A stretch of 64,000 nucleotides of DNA, taken from NCBI GenBank assembly GCA_964630525.1, contig CAZVUY010000002.1:33760-97759 (forward strand), given 5' to 3'. Of the stretch, positions 18,175 through 27,522 are shown in pieces. Source of the stretch: an uncultured Candidatus Saccharibacteria bacterium (GTDB taxonomy: Bacteria > Patescibacteriota > Minisyncoccia > Phycocordibacterales > WO2-35-19). A model generated the notes under the pieces. It did no database searches. It saw nothing but the letters and a program-made list of their open reading frames with translations, and was not told the DNA's origin. The translations under genes were made by a program, and so were the position numbers. Every line of letters starts with the position of its first letter. Positions within the stretch are counted from its first letter, which is position 1.

Positions 18175-20889
18175 ATGACGCCATTTAACCATTTTACAAC
18201 CAAAGCCAAAGAGGTGATCCGTAAGGCTCACGAACTTGTTATCGAAAGAGGTCAAAATCATGTTGGCCCGCTTCATCTTTTGACGGCTCTTATCATGCAG
18301 GAGGAGAGCATGGTTCTTTCTATTCTTGAAAGGATGGATGTGGATACTATTCTGCTCACTGACTCTTTGCTCGAGGCTATTGAAAGCGGGGTCACTGGAA
18401 ATACCGCTACCCCTTCTTACCAGATTTATCTGACCCCTGAGCTCGCTCATATTATCGAATATTCTTCCAAGGTGGCGGCCAATATGGGCGATGAATTCGT
18501 CTCAACCGAACACCTTTTTATTTCCTGCTTAGATGTAGCAAGTCCAGCCAAAGATATGCTATCCCGTTTCAAGATTGAAAAAGAGAAAGTTCTTTTCTTA
18601 ATCCAAGAAATTAGACAAGGCAAAGGAACCGATCACAAAGTAGCTCAAAAAAATAAAAATCTCGTCAAATATACGCGCTCACTCACTAAGATGGCGCGCG
18701 AAAACAAACTTGACCCGGTGATTGGTCGCGATGAGGAGATCTCACGCATTATCCAGATCCTTTCGCGCCGCACCAAGAACAATCCGATCCTGATCGGTGA
18801 AGCTGGTGTTGGTAAGACGGCGATCGCTGAGGGTCTGGCTTTGCGGATGGTGTCTCAGAATGCTCCTGAGTCGCTGAAAGACAAAGAAGTGGTTTCTCTC
18901 GACCTCGGTCTTTTGGTGGCAGGTACCAAGTATCGCGGTGAATTTGAAGAAAGATTGAAAAACATAATAAAGGAGATTGAAAAATCAGAAGGCAAGATCA
19001 TTCTCTTCATCGACGAAATACACACTATCGTTGGAGCTGGCAGTGCCGAAGGTTCGCTCGATGCTTCCAATATTTTGAAACCACCACTAGCGCGTGGTGA
19101 ATTACGAGCGATCGGAGCCACTACTCTCAAAGAGTATCAAAAACATATCGAAAAAGATCCGGCCCTGACTAGGCGCTTCCAACCGGTTTATGTGAATGAG
19201 CCATCGACCGATGATGCGATCACTATTTTGCGTGGGCTCAAAGAAAAGTATGAGCTCTATCATGGTGTCCACATCACTGACGACGCGATCAAGGCAGCGG
19301 TCAACCTCTCCTCTCGCTATATTGCCGATCGATTTTTGCCTGATAAGGCAGTAGATCTGATCGATGAGGCGGCTAGTCACTTGAAAATTTCGCTTGAAAA
19401 TATGCCAACTGTTTTGCAAGAGACCAATTCAAAAATTGTAAAGCTTGAAATAGAACGCGAAGCTCTCAAGAAAGAAAAACAGGCTGAAACCAAAAACAGC
19501 AAGGTTAAAACTAGGCTTCAAGAGATAGAGAAAGAGATCGCTGATTTGAAAGAAAAAACTGCCGAAATAGATCTCAAATGGAAAAATGAAAAAGAAGCGG
19601 TGGGTGAGATCAAACGAATCAAAAAAGAACTAGAATCTGCTCGCTTGGAAGCTGAGTCAGCTGAGGCACAGGTAGATTTGGGTAAGGCGGCAGAGATCCG
19701 TTATGGCAGAATTCCCGGTTTGGAGAAAGAGCTTGAAACTAACATGAAAAAACTCAAGAAGCTTCAAAGCTCGCGCCGTATTCTAAAAGAAGAAATCACC
19801 GAAAATGATATTGCGGGTATCGTAGCCAAGTGGACCGGTATTCCAGTATCCAGAATGCTGGAAGAAGAGGCGGAGAAGCTCAATCGGATGGAAGATGAGC
19901 TCCGCAAACGAGTGGTTGGTCAGGACGAAGCGGTCAAAAAGATTTCTGACACGATCAAGCGTTCCCGAGCTGGTATTTCTGATCCAAACAAACCGATCGG
20001 CTCATTTATTTTCCTGGGTCCGACTGGGGTGGGCAAAACCGAGCTGACCAAAGCTTTGGCCGAATTTATGTTCAACGACGAAAAAGCGCTGATCCGAGTC
20101 GATATGTCGGAGTTTATGGAGAAACATGCAATCTCCAAACTGATCGGGGCGCCACCGGGCTATGTAGGGTTTGATGAAGGTGGAGGACTTACCGAAATGG
20201 TGCGCCACCGACCGTATTCGATCGTTCTCTTTGACGAGATTGAAAAAGCGCATCCGGAAGTTTTCAACGTGCTCCTGCAAGTCTTGGACAATGGTCGCCT
20301 GACGGACTCAAAGGGTCGGACGGTCAACTTTAAAAATACCATTATCGTCATGACTTCCAACATTGGGGCGCAATATATCGACAAAATGGAGAAGCTTGGT
20401 TTCGGTGATCGTAGCGAGGATGGCCATGCTTACAATGACATCAAGTCGAAAGTGCTCGAAACAATGAAGGATTATTTTAGTCCCGAATTTCTCAATCGTC
20501 TTGACGACATTATCATCTTCGACGTTTTGCCGTTCGAAGCGATCAGGGAGATTGTAAGGATTCAGGTGGAGCTAGTGAAGGAACGTCTCTCGGTCAAAGA
20601 AATCGCTCTCGAGCTGACCGATGAGGCTTATGAATATTTGGCCAAAGAAGGTTATTCACCACAATACGGCGCTCGACCACTCAAACGCTTGATCCAGAAT
20701 AAAATATTGAATCCGATTGCTTCGCTCATCATCAGCAAAGGTATTTTGAAGGGTGGTACAGTTTCGGTATCAATGAAAAATAACTCGTCTAAAGCTGAAG
20801 CTCGCGAGCTTGTGTTTGATGTGAAGAAAGGCCGCCGTGGCGCGATCATCGAAGCTTCTCTTCTCGAGACTCCGGTTGGGGTTGAGTAA
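18175..20889 (+). CDS. clpB: ATP-dependent chaperone ClpB
   Basis: Clp N domain, two AAA+ modules (GEAGVGKT; GPTGVGKT), long coiled-coil M domain, GAPPGYVG. Confidence 0.95.
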   Translation: MTPFNHFTTKAKEVIRKAHELVIERGQNHVGPLHLLTALIMQEESMVLSILERMDVDTILLTDSLLEAIESGVTGNTATPSYQIYLTPELAHIIEYSSKVAANMGDEFVSTEHLFISCLDVASPAKDMLSRFKIEKEKVLFLIQEIRQGKGTDHKVAQKNKNLVKYTRSLTKMARENKLDPVIGRDEEISRIIQILSRRTKNNPILIGEAGVGKTAIAEGLALRMVSQNAPESLKDKEVVSLDLGLLVAGTKYRGEFEERLKNIIKEIEKSEGKIILFIDEIHTIVGAGSAEGSLDASNILKPPLARGELRAIGATTLKEYQKHIEKDPALTRRFQPVYVNEPSTDDAITILRGLKEKYELYHGVHITDDAIKAAVNLSSRYIADRFLPDKAVDLIDEAASHLKISLENMPTVLQETNSKIVKLEIEREALKKEKQAETKNSKVKTRLQEIEKEIADLKEKTAEIDLKWKNEKEAVGEIKRIKKELESARLEAESAEAQVDLGKAAEIRYGRIPGLEKELETNMKKLKKLQSSRRILKEEITENDIAGIVAKWTGIPVSRMLEEEAEKLNRMEDELRKRVVGQDEAVKKISDTIKRSRAGISDPNKPIGSFIFLGPTGVGKTELTKALAEFMFNDEKALIRVDMSEFMEKHAISKLIGAPPGYVGFDEGGGLTEMVRHRPYSIVLFDEIEKAHPEVFNVLLQVLDNGRLTDSKGRTVNFKNTIIVMTSNIGAQYIDKMEKLGFGDRSEDGHAYNDIKSKVLETMKDYFSPEFLNRLDDIIIFDVLPFEAIREIVRIQVELVKERLSVKEIALELTDEAYEYLAKEGYSPQYGARPLKRLIQNKILNPIASLIISKGILKGGTVSVSMKNNSSKAEARELVFDVKKGRRGAIIEASLLETPVGVE

Positions 20890-20928
20890 AAATAAAAAGT
20901 TGGAATAAAAAGAGATCCGCCCCCATAG

Positions 20929-21261
20929 TTATTCACTGGGGCGGATCGGGTTGAATTTGGGCGCAACGTTGCTTCTTGCGACCCAAGTTTTTCGGTCGTT
21001 TGCAAATCGCGTATCGCACCTGATTCCAAAAGTACTGTCAGCGGATCTTACCTGTTCATAAGTCCCCTGGTCCACTTTTTCAGTGTAAGGATCTCCATAG
21101 GGCATAGAGTACTCTCGTGGAAGTATTGCTGGCAGGCTTTGTCTGTGACGCTGGGCAAAATAATTGGCGTGTTTCTCTGTTTCGTGAAGGGAGAATCCAT
21201 CTTCTTCTGTTTCTGTTGCACTCACCCATCTTATCCAACGCAGGATCCAAACTGTAGGCAT
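20929..21261 (-). CDS. hypothetical protein (ORFan cassette)
   Basis: 110-aa ORF with a GAGGAG SD and its own promoter-like upstream sequence. Confidence 0.7.
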   Translation of the reverse strand: MPTVWILRWIRWVSATETEEDGFSLHETEKHANYFAQRHRQSLPAILPREYSMPYGDPYTEKVDQGTYEQVRSADSTFGIRCDTRFANDRKTWVARSNVAPKFNPIRPSE

Positions 21262-21395
21262 CAGAACTCCTCTCTGTTTCGTAAAATAGCATTATTTAAA
21301 CTTTTTTCAAACTTTGATGCGCCGTCTGGTACGATGTTGGAACTTACTTAATACAAATAGCTTGACCTCAAAAAATCTGTATGATAGTTTACCGT

Positions 21396-21648
21396 TGGTT
21401 CAATTAACATGTCTTGGTGCCAAAACAAGGGCGAGCCTTGCTAGGGACTCAGCTTTTCGCGAGGGAAGTTTGGGTGAACGGTTCGACTCCGTTTGCGTGG
21501 GTTGAAAGCTTACTTGGTGATGCGCAGAATAGGTGGGAGATTTGGATTTCAAGGTTTCGGTCTTGAGGGAGTCGACAATGAGATACCACCCTTACCGAGG
21601 ACAAGTCTTTCTCTTGAAAAAGAAAGATGCCGGAAACTTTTTGAACCA
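21396..21648 (+). ncRNA. candidate structured ncRNA (~250 nt, family unknown)
   Basis: TTGACC-17-TAGTTT promoter, 8-bp terminal helix tggttcaa/ttgaacca and many short hairpins including a T-loop. Confidence 0.6.
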
Positions 21649-21689
21649 CTGGGCTTTCCTAACGGACGGCCCTTTACTTTTATCTAAAA

Positions 21690-21878
21690 TGGTGCGCCGG
21701 GAGGGAATTTCTCCCTCGACTCAAAATTTTTTCAGTCAAAAAATTTTGGTCTGGGCACCGGCTCATGGAAATTTTTTGCTAAAAATTTCACATTCCGCCG
21801 TTCGAATCCCTCACGCAAAGCAAGCAGTTGCTTTGCTCCGGCGCACAAAATGAAAACCCCTTTCGGGGATTCATTTTG
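21690..21878 (-). repeat. tRNA-3'-end-linked scaffold element, copy B (Tyr)
   Basis: Direct copy of the Tyr 3' end (15 bp, ending in CCA on the minus strand) and a split inverted copy (gttcgaatccctc / ccggcgcac) in a scaffold shared with 60888-61103. Confidence 0.85.
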
Positions 21879-21962
21879 TGCGCCGGGAGGGATTCGAACC
21901 CCCGTAGCCCGATGGGCGACAGATTTACAGTCTGTTGTAATTGACCACTCTACCACCGACGC
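21879..21962 (-). tRNA. tRNA-Tyr(GTA)
   Basis: GCGTCGG/CCGGCGC acceptor, ACAGA-CT-GTA-AA-TCTGT, variable arm. Confidence 0.95.
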
Positions 21963-22035
21963 AATATTTTACAGAAGGAGTTTAGCAGATTATTTGGTTT
22001 TTTTCTACCTGTCTAAAACTTTTGTTTCAAATCAT

Positions 22036-22219
22036 AAAAAGTGCCCGCCCCTGTTCACAGAGGCGGGCTACGAGAGGGAGAATCCACAGCAACACAGCCA
22101 ACCAAAATCGCGGGAGGGGACAATAAGTTAACAAGGGGGATTGCGCGTCCTCCCAAGCTTCTCCTTATTGTCCCCGGTCTTTCGGGCAACCGGTCCGGTC
22201 TTGCCCGTCTGACCTCCTA
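22036..22219 (-). ncRNA. candidate small RNA (~180 nt)
   Basis: -10 TATTAT at 22226-22231, 12-bp stem ggggacaataag/cttattgtcccc, terminator gcccgcc...ggcgggc plus T-run. Confidence 0.4.
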
Positions 22220-22301
22220 AAAACAATAATACACCAATTATTAAAAAACAAAAGCTCTATAGTTGCCTTTTTGGTTTTTTGGCAATACACTAAATCCAGA
22301 T

Positions 22302-22427
22302 ATGCTTTGGGAAAAAATAAGCAAAAATCCAGCGTTCCTCGTTGGGTTGGTGGTGGTCGGGATAGCTATCATTGGATTGTTTTTTTCGATGATAGGGGGT
22401 CCCCAACCGCGGGAAAGGAAAAAATGA
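22302..22427 (+). CDS. 41-aa small membrane protein (below ORF-track cutoff)
   Basis: MLWEKISKNPAFLVGLVVVGIAIIGLFFSMIGGPQPRERKK; TACACT lies about 10 nt upstream and the terminator aagggctcc...ggagccctttt lies downstream. Confidence 0.6.
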   Translation: MLWEKISKNPAFLVGLVVVGIAIIGLFFSMIGGPQPRERKK

Positions 22428-22471
22428 TAAGGAAGAGGAAGGGCTCCTTTAGTGGAGCCCTTTTTGTATTT

Positions 22472-22921
22472 CTATGATTCCAGTTTGGGATGCCAAAAAA
22501 TTTTTTCGATCTGCCGACTGCCATCAAAAAGGTAACCATGTTCTCTGGGGCAACCTTCTTTGGAGTCGTTGCTGACTGCTCTGTTGTTTCCGACATAAAA
22601 TCCGATATGCCTGTGCTCACCCAAGTTTTCTCTAAAGTCTATTTTGGCCCAGACCAAAATACAACCAACTCTTGGCTCCTTGATTTCCTGCCAACCAGTT
22701 TCTGCCAAATCTCTCAAAGTTCCATCGACAGTGGCGTGCGGCTCCTTGATTAATTTGAATATCCCAAGTAGGGAAGAGACAAACAAAGCACAGGAGAGAT
22801 TGCCGTCCTCGGTCAGGTCCTTTTTGATTCCATCAACCTCGGCCCATAGGTTTCTAAACATCTGGGTGTCGAGACTGTTTCTAATAAAGGCTAAATAATT
22901 TTCGAAAAACAACAATTTCAT
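22472..22921 (-). CDS. papain-fold (NlpC/P60/CHAP-like) protein
   Basis: LSCALFVS (catalytic-type Cys), PRVGCILVW, HRHIGFYVG; directly downstream of murC. Confidence 0.6.
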   Translation of the reverse strand: MKLLFFENYLAFIRNSLDTQMFRNLWAEVDGIKKDLTEDGNLSCALFVSSLLGIFKLIKEPHATVDGTLRDLAETGWQEIKEPRVGCILVWAKIDFRENLGEHRHIGFYVGNNRAVSNDSKEGCPREHGYLFDGSRQIEKIFWHPKLES

Positions 22922-22924
22922 CCA

Positions 22925-24184
22925 CTATTCATTATTGAGTAATTGTTCCGTCCATTTGTAAATGTTGCCAGCACCCATAAGTACGACACAGAGTTTTTGA
23001 TGTGCGATTATTGTTTCCAGTTCTTTTTTTAATTCCCCCACATTATCAACTGCTTTAGTTGGTATATATTTATTGATAGTCTCTGCCAAACTTTGATTGG
23101 TTGTCTTTCCGTCATCAATCTCTCTAGTGATAAATATTGGGGCTATGAAAGCTTGGTCAGCTATTTTGAGCGAATCTACAAAATCGTTAAACATTAGCTT
23201 GGTTCTGCTTTGTTGATGTGGTTCAAATATCGCTACAATTTTTTTGTCCGGATGCTTTTCTTTCAAAGCACTAAGAGTGGCCCTGATTTCTGTCGGATGA
23301 TGAGCATAGTCGTCATAATAAACATTCCCGTTTTTTTCTCCCTTATACTCCTGCCTTCTCCAGGTGCCTTTAAAATCCTTCAAAAATTCTTTGGCTTTTT
23401 CGTTTGGGATCCCAAGTTTCTCGACTGTTTTTATAGCTGCTTGGGCGTTTAAAATATTATGCTTGCCGGGTACCAGTAAACTAAAATCTGCTATTACATT
23501 TTTATACTCGCTTTCTTTTATAACAAAGCCGTCTTTAGGTACTTTTGCTTCGATTTCCTGAAAAGCACTTTTGATATCTTCCAAATCTTTATAATAGTCC
23601 AAGTGATCGGCTTCGATATTGGTGATAACCAAAATTGACGGGTGCAGATTTAGAAAAGATCTCTTATACTCACACGCCTCGACCACCAGATACTGGCTTT
23701 TGCCCGCATGGAAATTGCTGTATTTGCCATCTTCGCCCAGCATTTTTGAGCCAACAATGATGGTCGGGTCAAGCCGAGCTTTTTCCATGATGTGGCCGAT
23801 CATGGCTGTGGTGGTCGTCTTGCCGTGAGTGCCGGATACGGCGATCGTAAACATGTTTTTAGAAAGCTCGCCTAAAAATTGGGGGTAGGAGATACAAATA
23901 TTTTTCCCGTTTTGTTCTCTAGTCCTTGCTCCTTGCATTTCTGGATTATCCTCTGGTATTGCGACTGTATAAACTACCACTTCAGTGTCTGCAGGTATGT
24001 TTTCTGCTTGTTGGCCGATTTTTATCTCAATCCCTAAATTTTTAAGATCATCAGTTATTTCCGACTGCGAATTGTCCGAACCGCTGACCTTTTTTCCTCG
24101 CATCTGCATCATCCTGGCAATCGCCGATACCCCGATCCCTCCGATGCCGATGAAGTGGTAACTTTTTTTATTTAAGACGTCCAT
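22925..24184 (-). CDS. murC: UDP-N-acetylmuramate--L-alanine ligase
   Basis: HFIGIGGIGVS, SGSD, GTHGKTTTT, VVEACEY, NIEADHLDYY, DDYAHHPTE and FEPH motifs. Confidence 0.95.
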   Translation of the reverse strand: MDVLNKKSYHFIGIGGIGVSAIARMMQMRGKKVSGSDNSQSEITDDLKNLGIEIKIGQQAENIPADTEVVVYTVAIPEDNPEMQGARTREQNGKNICISYPQFLGELSKNMFTIAVSGTHGKTTTTAMIGHIMEKARLDPTIIVGSKMLGEDGKYSNFHAGKSQYLVVEACEYKRSFLNLHPSILVITNIEADHLDYYKDLEDIKSAFQEIEAKVPKDGFVIKESEYKNVIADFSLLVPGKHNILNAQAAIKTVEKLGIPNEKAKEFLKDFKGTWRRQEYKGEKNGNVYYDDYAHHPTEIRATLSALKEKHPDKKIVAIFEPHQQSRTKLMFNDFVDSLKIADQAFIAPIFITREIDDGKTTNQSLAETINKYIPTKAVDNVGELKKELETIIAHQKLCVVLMGAGNIYKWTEQLLNNE

Positions 24185-24240
24185 AAGAATCATTGATATT
24201 ACCACCAAATACTGATATAAACAAAGATAGGAGGTGGTTC

Positions 24241-25035
24241 GTGGAACCAACTATAACCTTTCGACCATTTGGTCTTGAAGGCCCAAGAGTCTTGCTCTTT
24301 GGAAAGAAAACAGGAGACTGGAATCCGAGCCGTCTTCGAAATGGGTATAACGCTGATCAGGGGCTACATTTCGCACTCAGTAGATTGGGGGAGAAGTATG
24401 GGTTTACAAAACTTTTTTTTCCTAAACCAACTGAGTGTAATGCTAGGCTGGTTACAGAAACTGGTTTTACAGAGTCAGTAATGAATGGAGCCTGTGGTCT
24501 ACAAGTGATGATGGGAGTTTGCGCAGATGCTATGGTGTTATCACGTGGCTCGGCAGGTGCGATCGCAAGTGCAGATTGCCCGACCATTATTACCTACTGT
24601 CCGACTACGAAGAACGTGATAATGGCTCATGCTGGAGCAAAGTCGCTTGTCGACCTATCCCATTTTATCGAAGGGCAACCCGCAAGGAATCCTGGCACCG
24701 TTGTAGATTCTATAGTTAAGGAAATGATGGTTCGTCGCTGTTCTTGGTCACAGATTTTTGTAACATGTGGGATTGAACGGTACTATCATCCTGCTCTAGC
24801 CAAGCATATTTTCACTGATGTACCGAACTGTTCAGCGGTGCATGGTGATGTTGTTTATTTAAAGCACCTGATTGCTGAGCAATTCAGGAACCGAGGTTTT
24901 GGTGGAGTTGTAACTGACTTCATCGACACTTTAACAGACAGAGACAAAAAAGATTATCTCTGGCATAGCTATCGGCGAGGTAAAACACCAGAGGAAAAAG
25001 CTGGTCGCAACCTTGTTCTTGTAGTGAATCGGTGA
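24241..25035 (+). CDS. YfiH/PgeF (laccase-domain) family protein
   Basis: ADAMV...IASADCPTI...AHAG and HSYRR motifs; SD AGGAGGT before the GTG at 24241. Confidence 0.75.
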   Translation: MEPTITFRPFGLEGPRVLLFGKKTGDWNPSRLRNGYNADQGLHFALSRLGEKYGFTKLFFPKPTECNARLVTETGFTESVMNGACGLQVMMGVCADAMVLSRGSAGAIASADCPTIITYCPTTKNVIMAHAGAKSLVDLSHFIEGQPARNPGTVVDSIVKEMMVRRCSWSQIFVTCGIERYYHPALAKHIFTDVPNCSAVHGDVVYLKHLIAEQFRNRGFGGVVTDFIDTLTDRDKKDYLWHSYRRGKTPEEKAGRNLVLVVNR

Positions 25036-25103
25036 TCGTGATGGGCTCCAGAGATGGTGCCCATCCTTTTTTTATGCCTATTTTTATGTATCATATTTAT
25101 GGT

Positions 25104-26429
25104 ATGAATCTAAAAGACAAAAAAATTTTGTTGATGGGGCTAGGGATTTTAGGGGGCGGGGTGGCTACTGCCAGGTTTTTGGTTGATAGGGGTGCGCGAC
25201 TTACGATTACAGATATGAAGTCAGCTGAGTATTTGAGTATTTCGCTCGAAAAATTGGCTGATCTCAAAAACAGAATTAATTTTGTTTTAGGCGAACATAG
25301 AGAAGCAGATTTTCTGAACACTGATATTTTGGTTATAAATCCTGATGTACCAGCCGATAACAAATTTGTACAAATTGCGCGAGAGGCAGGCAAGCCGATA
25401 GAGAATGAACTTACTCTGTTTTATAAATTTACTTCTTGTAAAACGACAGTTGGTATCACGGGCACTAGAGGTAAGACGACGACTACAAATTGGATCGCGC
25501 ATATATTAAATGGCGCTGGCGAGAGGGCGAGAGTGGTGGGTAATGATCCGGAAAAACCATTTCTCTCTGAAATAGCAAATTGTGACAAAGAAACTATTGC
25601 AGTTGTAGAGACACCTTCTTTCCAGCTCGAAATATTCGGCGATTCGAGCATGGCTCCGCATGTGGCGGTCATTACCAATCTTTACCAAGACCACCTTGCG
25701 AGACACAAAACAATGGAGGGCTATGCCTTAGCTAAGGCAAATATTTTTAAAAATCAAAAAGAAAGCGACTTTCTTGTGTTAAACAAAGAAAACAGTTGGA
25801 CAGATTTTTTCTTAGACCAAAAACCGAAATCAAAAGTACTTTTTTCTTCCGATTTAAATATCTTAGGATTTGACAAAGAAGCGTTTTCTTTGAAATTTGG
25901 TGAGCATAATCTTAAAAATTTTATGATGGCGGGAGTAGCTTGCCTGGCTCTTGGTATCAAACCAGAGCAGATACTTTCTGCAGCAGAAAATTTACCTGGG
26001 ATAAAGTGGCGACAGGAGCTTGTTTATGATAGGGGTGGGCTAAAGATCTACAACGATACCGCTTCGACTTCACCCGAAGCTTTCATTTCGGCCGCTCAAA
26101 GGTTTAAGAGTCAGGATACCTTTTTCATCGTCGGGGGCACTGACAAAGAACTCGACTTTAAAGATTGGGCTGAATTTGTAAAATCAAATTTGGGTTCGGA
26201 AAATTTGGTTTTTCTCTCTGGTAGCGCTACGGAAAAAATGAAATCAGGCTTAGGGTGGGACAAGTTTAATGAGTTTCAAAACCTTGAAGAGTGTTTTGAT
26301 TTTGCTCTTGAAAAAATGGGGCGAGTTGGGACACTGGTATTTTCTCCAGGAGCCAAAAGTTTTGAGAAGTTCAAAAACGAGTTTGACAGAGGAGAGAAGT
26401 TTAATGGTATAGTTAAAAGACTATTATGA
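25104..26429 (+). CDS. murD: UDP-N-acetylmuramoyl-L-alanine--D-glutamate ligase
   Basis: LMGLGILGGG, GITGTRGKTTTT, ETPSFQLE, NLYQDHLARH, YNDTAST, GGTDK and FSPGAKSF motifs. Confidence 0.93.
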   Translation: MNLKDKKILLMGLGILGGGVATARFLVDRGARLTITDMKSAEYLSISLEKLADLKNRINFVLGEHREADFLNTDILVINPDVPADNKFVQIAREAGKPIENELTLFYKFTSCKTTVGITGTRGKTTTTNWIAHILNGAGERARVVGNDPEKPFLSEIANCDKETIAVVETPSFQLEIFGDSSMAPHVAVITNLYQDHLARHKTMEGYALAKANIFKNQKESDFLVLNKENSWTDFFLDQKPKSKVLFSSDLNILGFDKEAFSLKFGEHNLKNFMMAGVACLALGIKPEQILSAAENLPGIKWRQELVYDRGGLKIYNDTASTSPEAFISAAQRFKSQDTFFIVGGTDKELDFKDWAEFVKSNLGSENLVFLSGSATEKMKSGLGWDKFNEFQNLEECFDFALEKMGRVGTLVFSPGAKSFEKFKNEFDRGEKFNGIVKRLL

Positions 26430-27259
26430 CCCAGTATTGCTTTCTAAATGGACAGGTGGTACCGCTCGAAGAGGCTAAGGTGAGCGTTTTGGATATCGGC
26501 CTCTTGAGAGGTTATGGTATTTATGATGGACTCGCCGCCTTAAACGGTCAGCCGTTTCGCTTTGCCGATCATTGGGCCAGGTTTAGCGACGGGGCTCATG
26601 CACTTGATCTCAATATCCCGATCACCGAAGAGACTTGTGAAAAAAAGATCAAAGATATTTTGGAGAGGTCTAATCTCAAAGAGCGAGCCAACGTGCGTCT
26701 GATTTTGACCGGTGGTTCTACTGTCGGAGGTATTGAATATGTTTTTGAAACTCCTACTTTTTACATTACAGCTGAAAAATGGGAATCTTTACCAAAGGAA
26801 TATTATGAAGACGGGGCCAAGCTACTCACTTACAATCATTTGCGCGAAATGCCAGAGCACAAGACCACCAATTATATAAGAGCGGTCAGTCTCCAAAATT
26901 GGCGCAAAGAAGAAAAAGCGGTTGAGGTACTCTATGTCAATGACGGGGAAGTTTTGGAGTGCGCCACCAGCAACATTTGTCTGGTCAAGGATGGTGCGAT
27001 CATTACTCCAGCTGAAAATGTATTGAAGGGTATCACTCTCAAAGTGGTTGGTGAGTTAGCTGAGCAGGCCGGCTACACGTTTGAAAGACGCTTGGTTTAT
27101 CAAGATGAATTGAAGACAGCGGATGAAGTTTTCATCACCTCTTCGTTCAAAGATATCGTGCCGATTGTTAAAATCGATGATTTTTCTGTTGGAAATGGAG
27201 CGGTTGGTCCGGTCACCAAAGACTTGATGGCTAGATTTGCAAAAACCATTAATACCTGA
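26426..27259 (+). CDS. class IV aminotransferase (D-amino acid/branched-chain)
   Basis: DIGLLRGYGIYD, H..R, HKTTNY (PLP Lys), ECATSNI, LKGIT and ADEVFITSS motifs; ATGA overlap with murD. Confidence 0.9.
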   Translation: MTQYCFLNGQVVPLEEAKVSVLDIGLLRGYGIYDGLAALNGQPFRFADHWARFSDGAHALDLNIPITEETCEKKIKDILERSNLKERANVRLILTGGSTVGGIEYVFETPTFYITAEKWESLPKEYYEDGAKLLTYNHLREMPEHKTTNYIRAVSLQNWRKEEKAVEVLYVNDGEVLECATSNICLVKDGAIITPAENVLKGITLKVVGELAEQAGYTFERRLVYQDELKTADEVFITSSFKDIVPIVKIDDFSVGNGAVGPVTKDLMARFAKTINT

Positions 27260-27297
27260 TATTATTCGCCCTACTGTTATTATATTCATTATTTCGT

Positions 27298-27453
27298 ATG
27301 AGCCAGGATCAACTAATCAAATTGGTAAACAAAGACACCGGAGAGGTGTATTGGACTCGCAAAAATAAGCGAAAAGTGGAGCGCAAAATCGAGCTCAAAA
27401 AATACTCCAAAAAACTCCGCAAAAGGGTCACTTTCAAGGAGTCAAAGAAATAA
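27298..27453 (+). CDS. rpmG: 50S ribosomal protein L33 (Cys-free form)
   Basis: MSQDQLIKLVNKDTGEVYWTRKNKRKVERKIELKKYSKKLRKRVTFKESKK (51 aa, below track cutoff). Confidence 0.95.
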   Translation: MSQDQLIKLVNKDTGEVYWTRKNKRKVERKIELKKYSKKLRKRVTFKESKK

Positions 27454-27522
27454 ACACTTTCTCTCTTTACCTAACTGTCATCGGGTAATAGTATTTAATA
27501 TATATTAAATAGCCTGGTTTGC

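Noticed and set aside
21396-21648. tmRNA, tRNA or SRP identity for the T-loop RNA
   Set aside because: There is no acceptor stem with CCA next to the T-arm, no tag frame and no SRP helix-8 motif that I can see.
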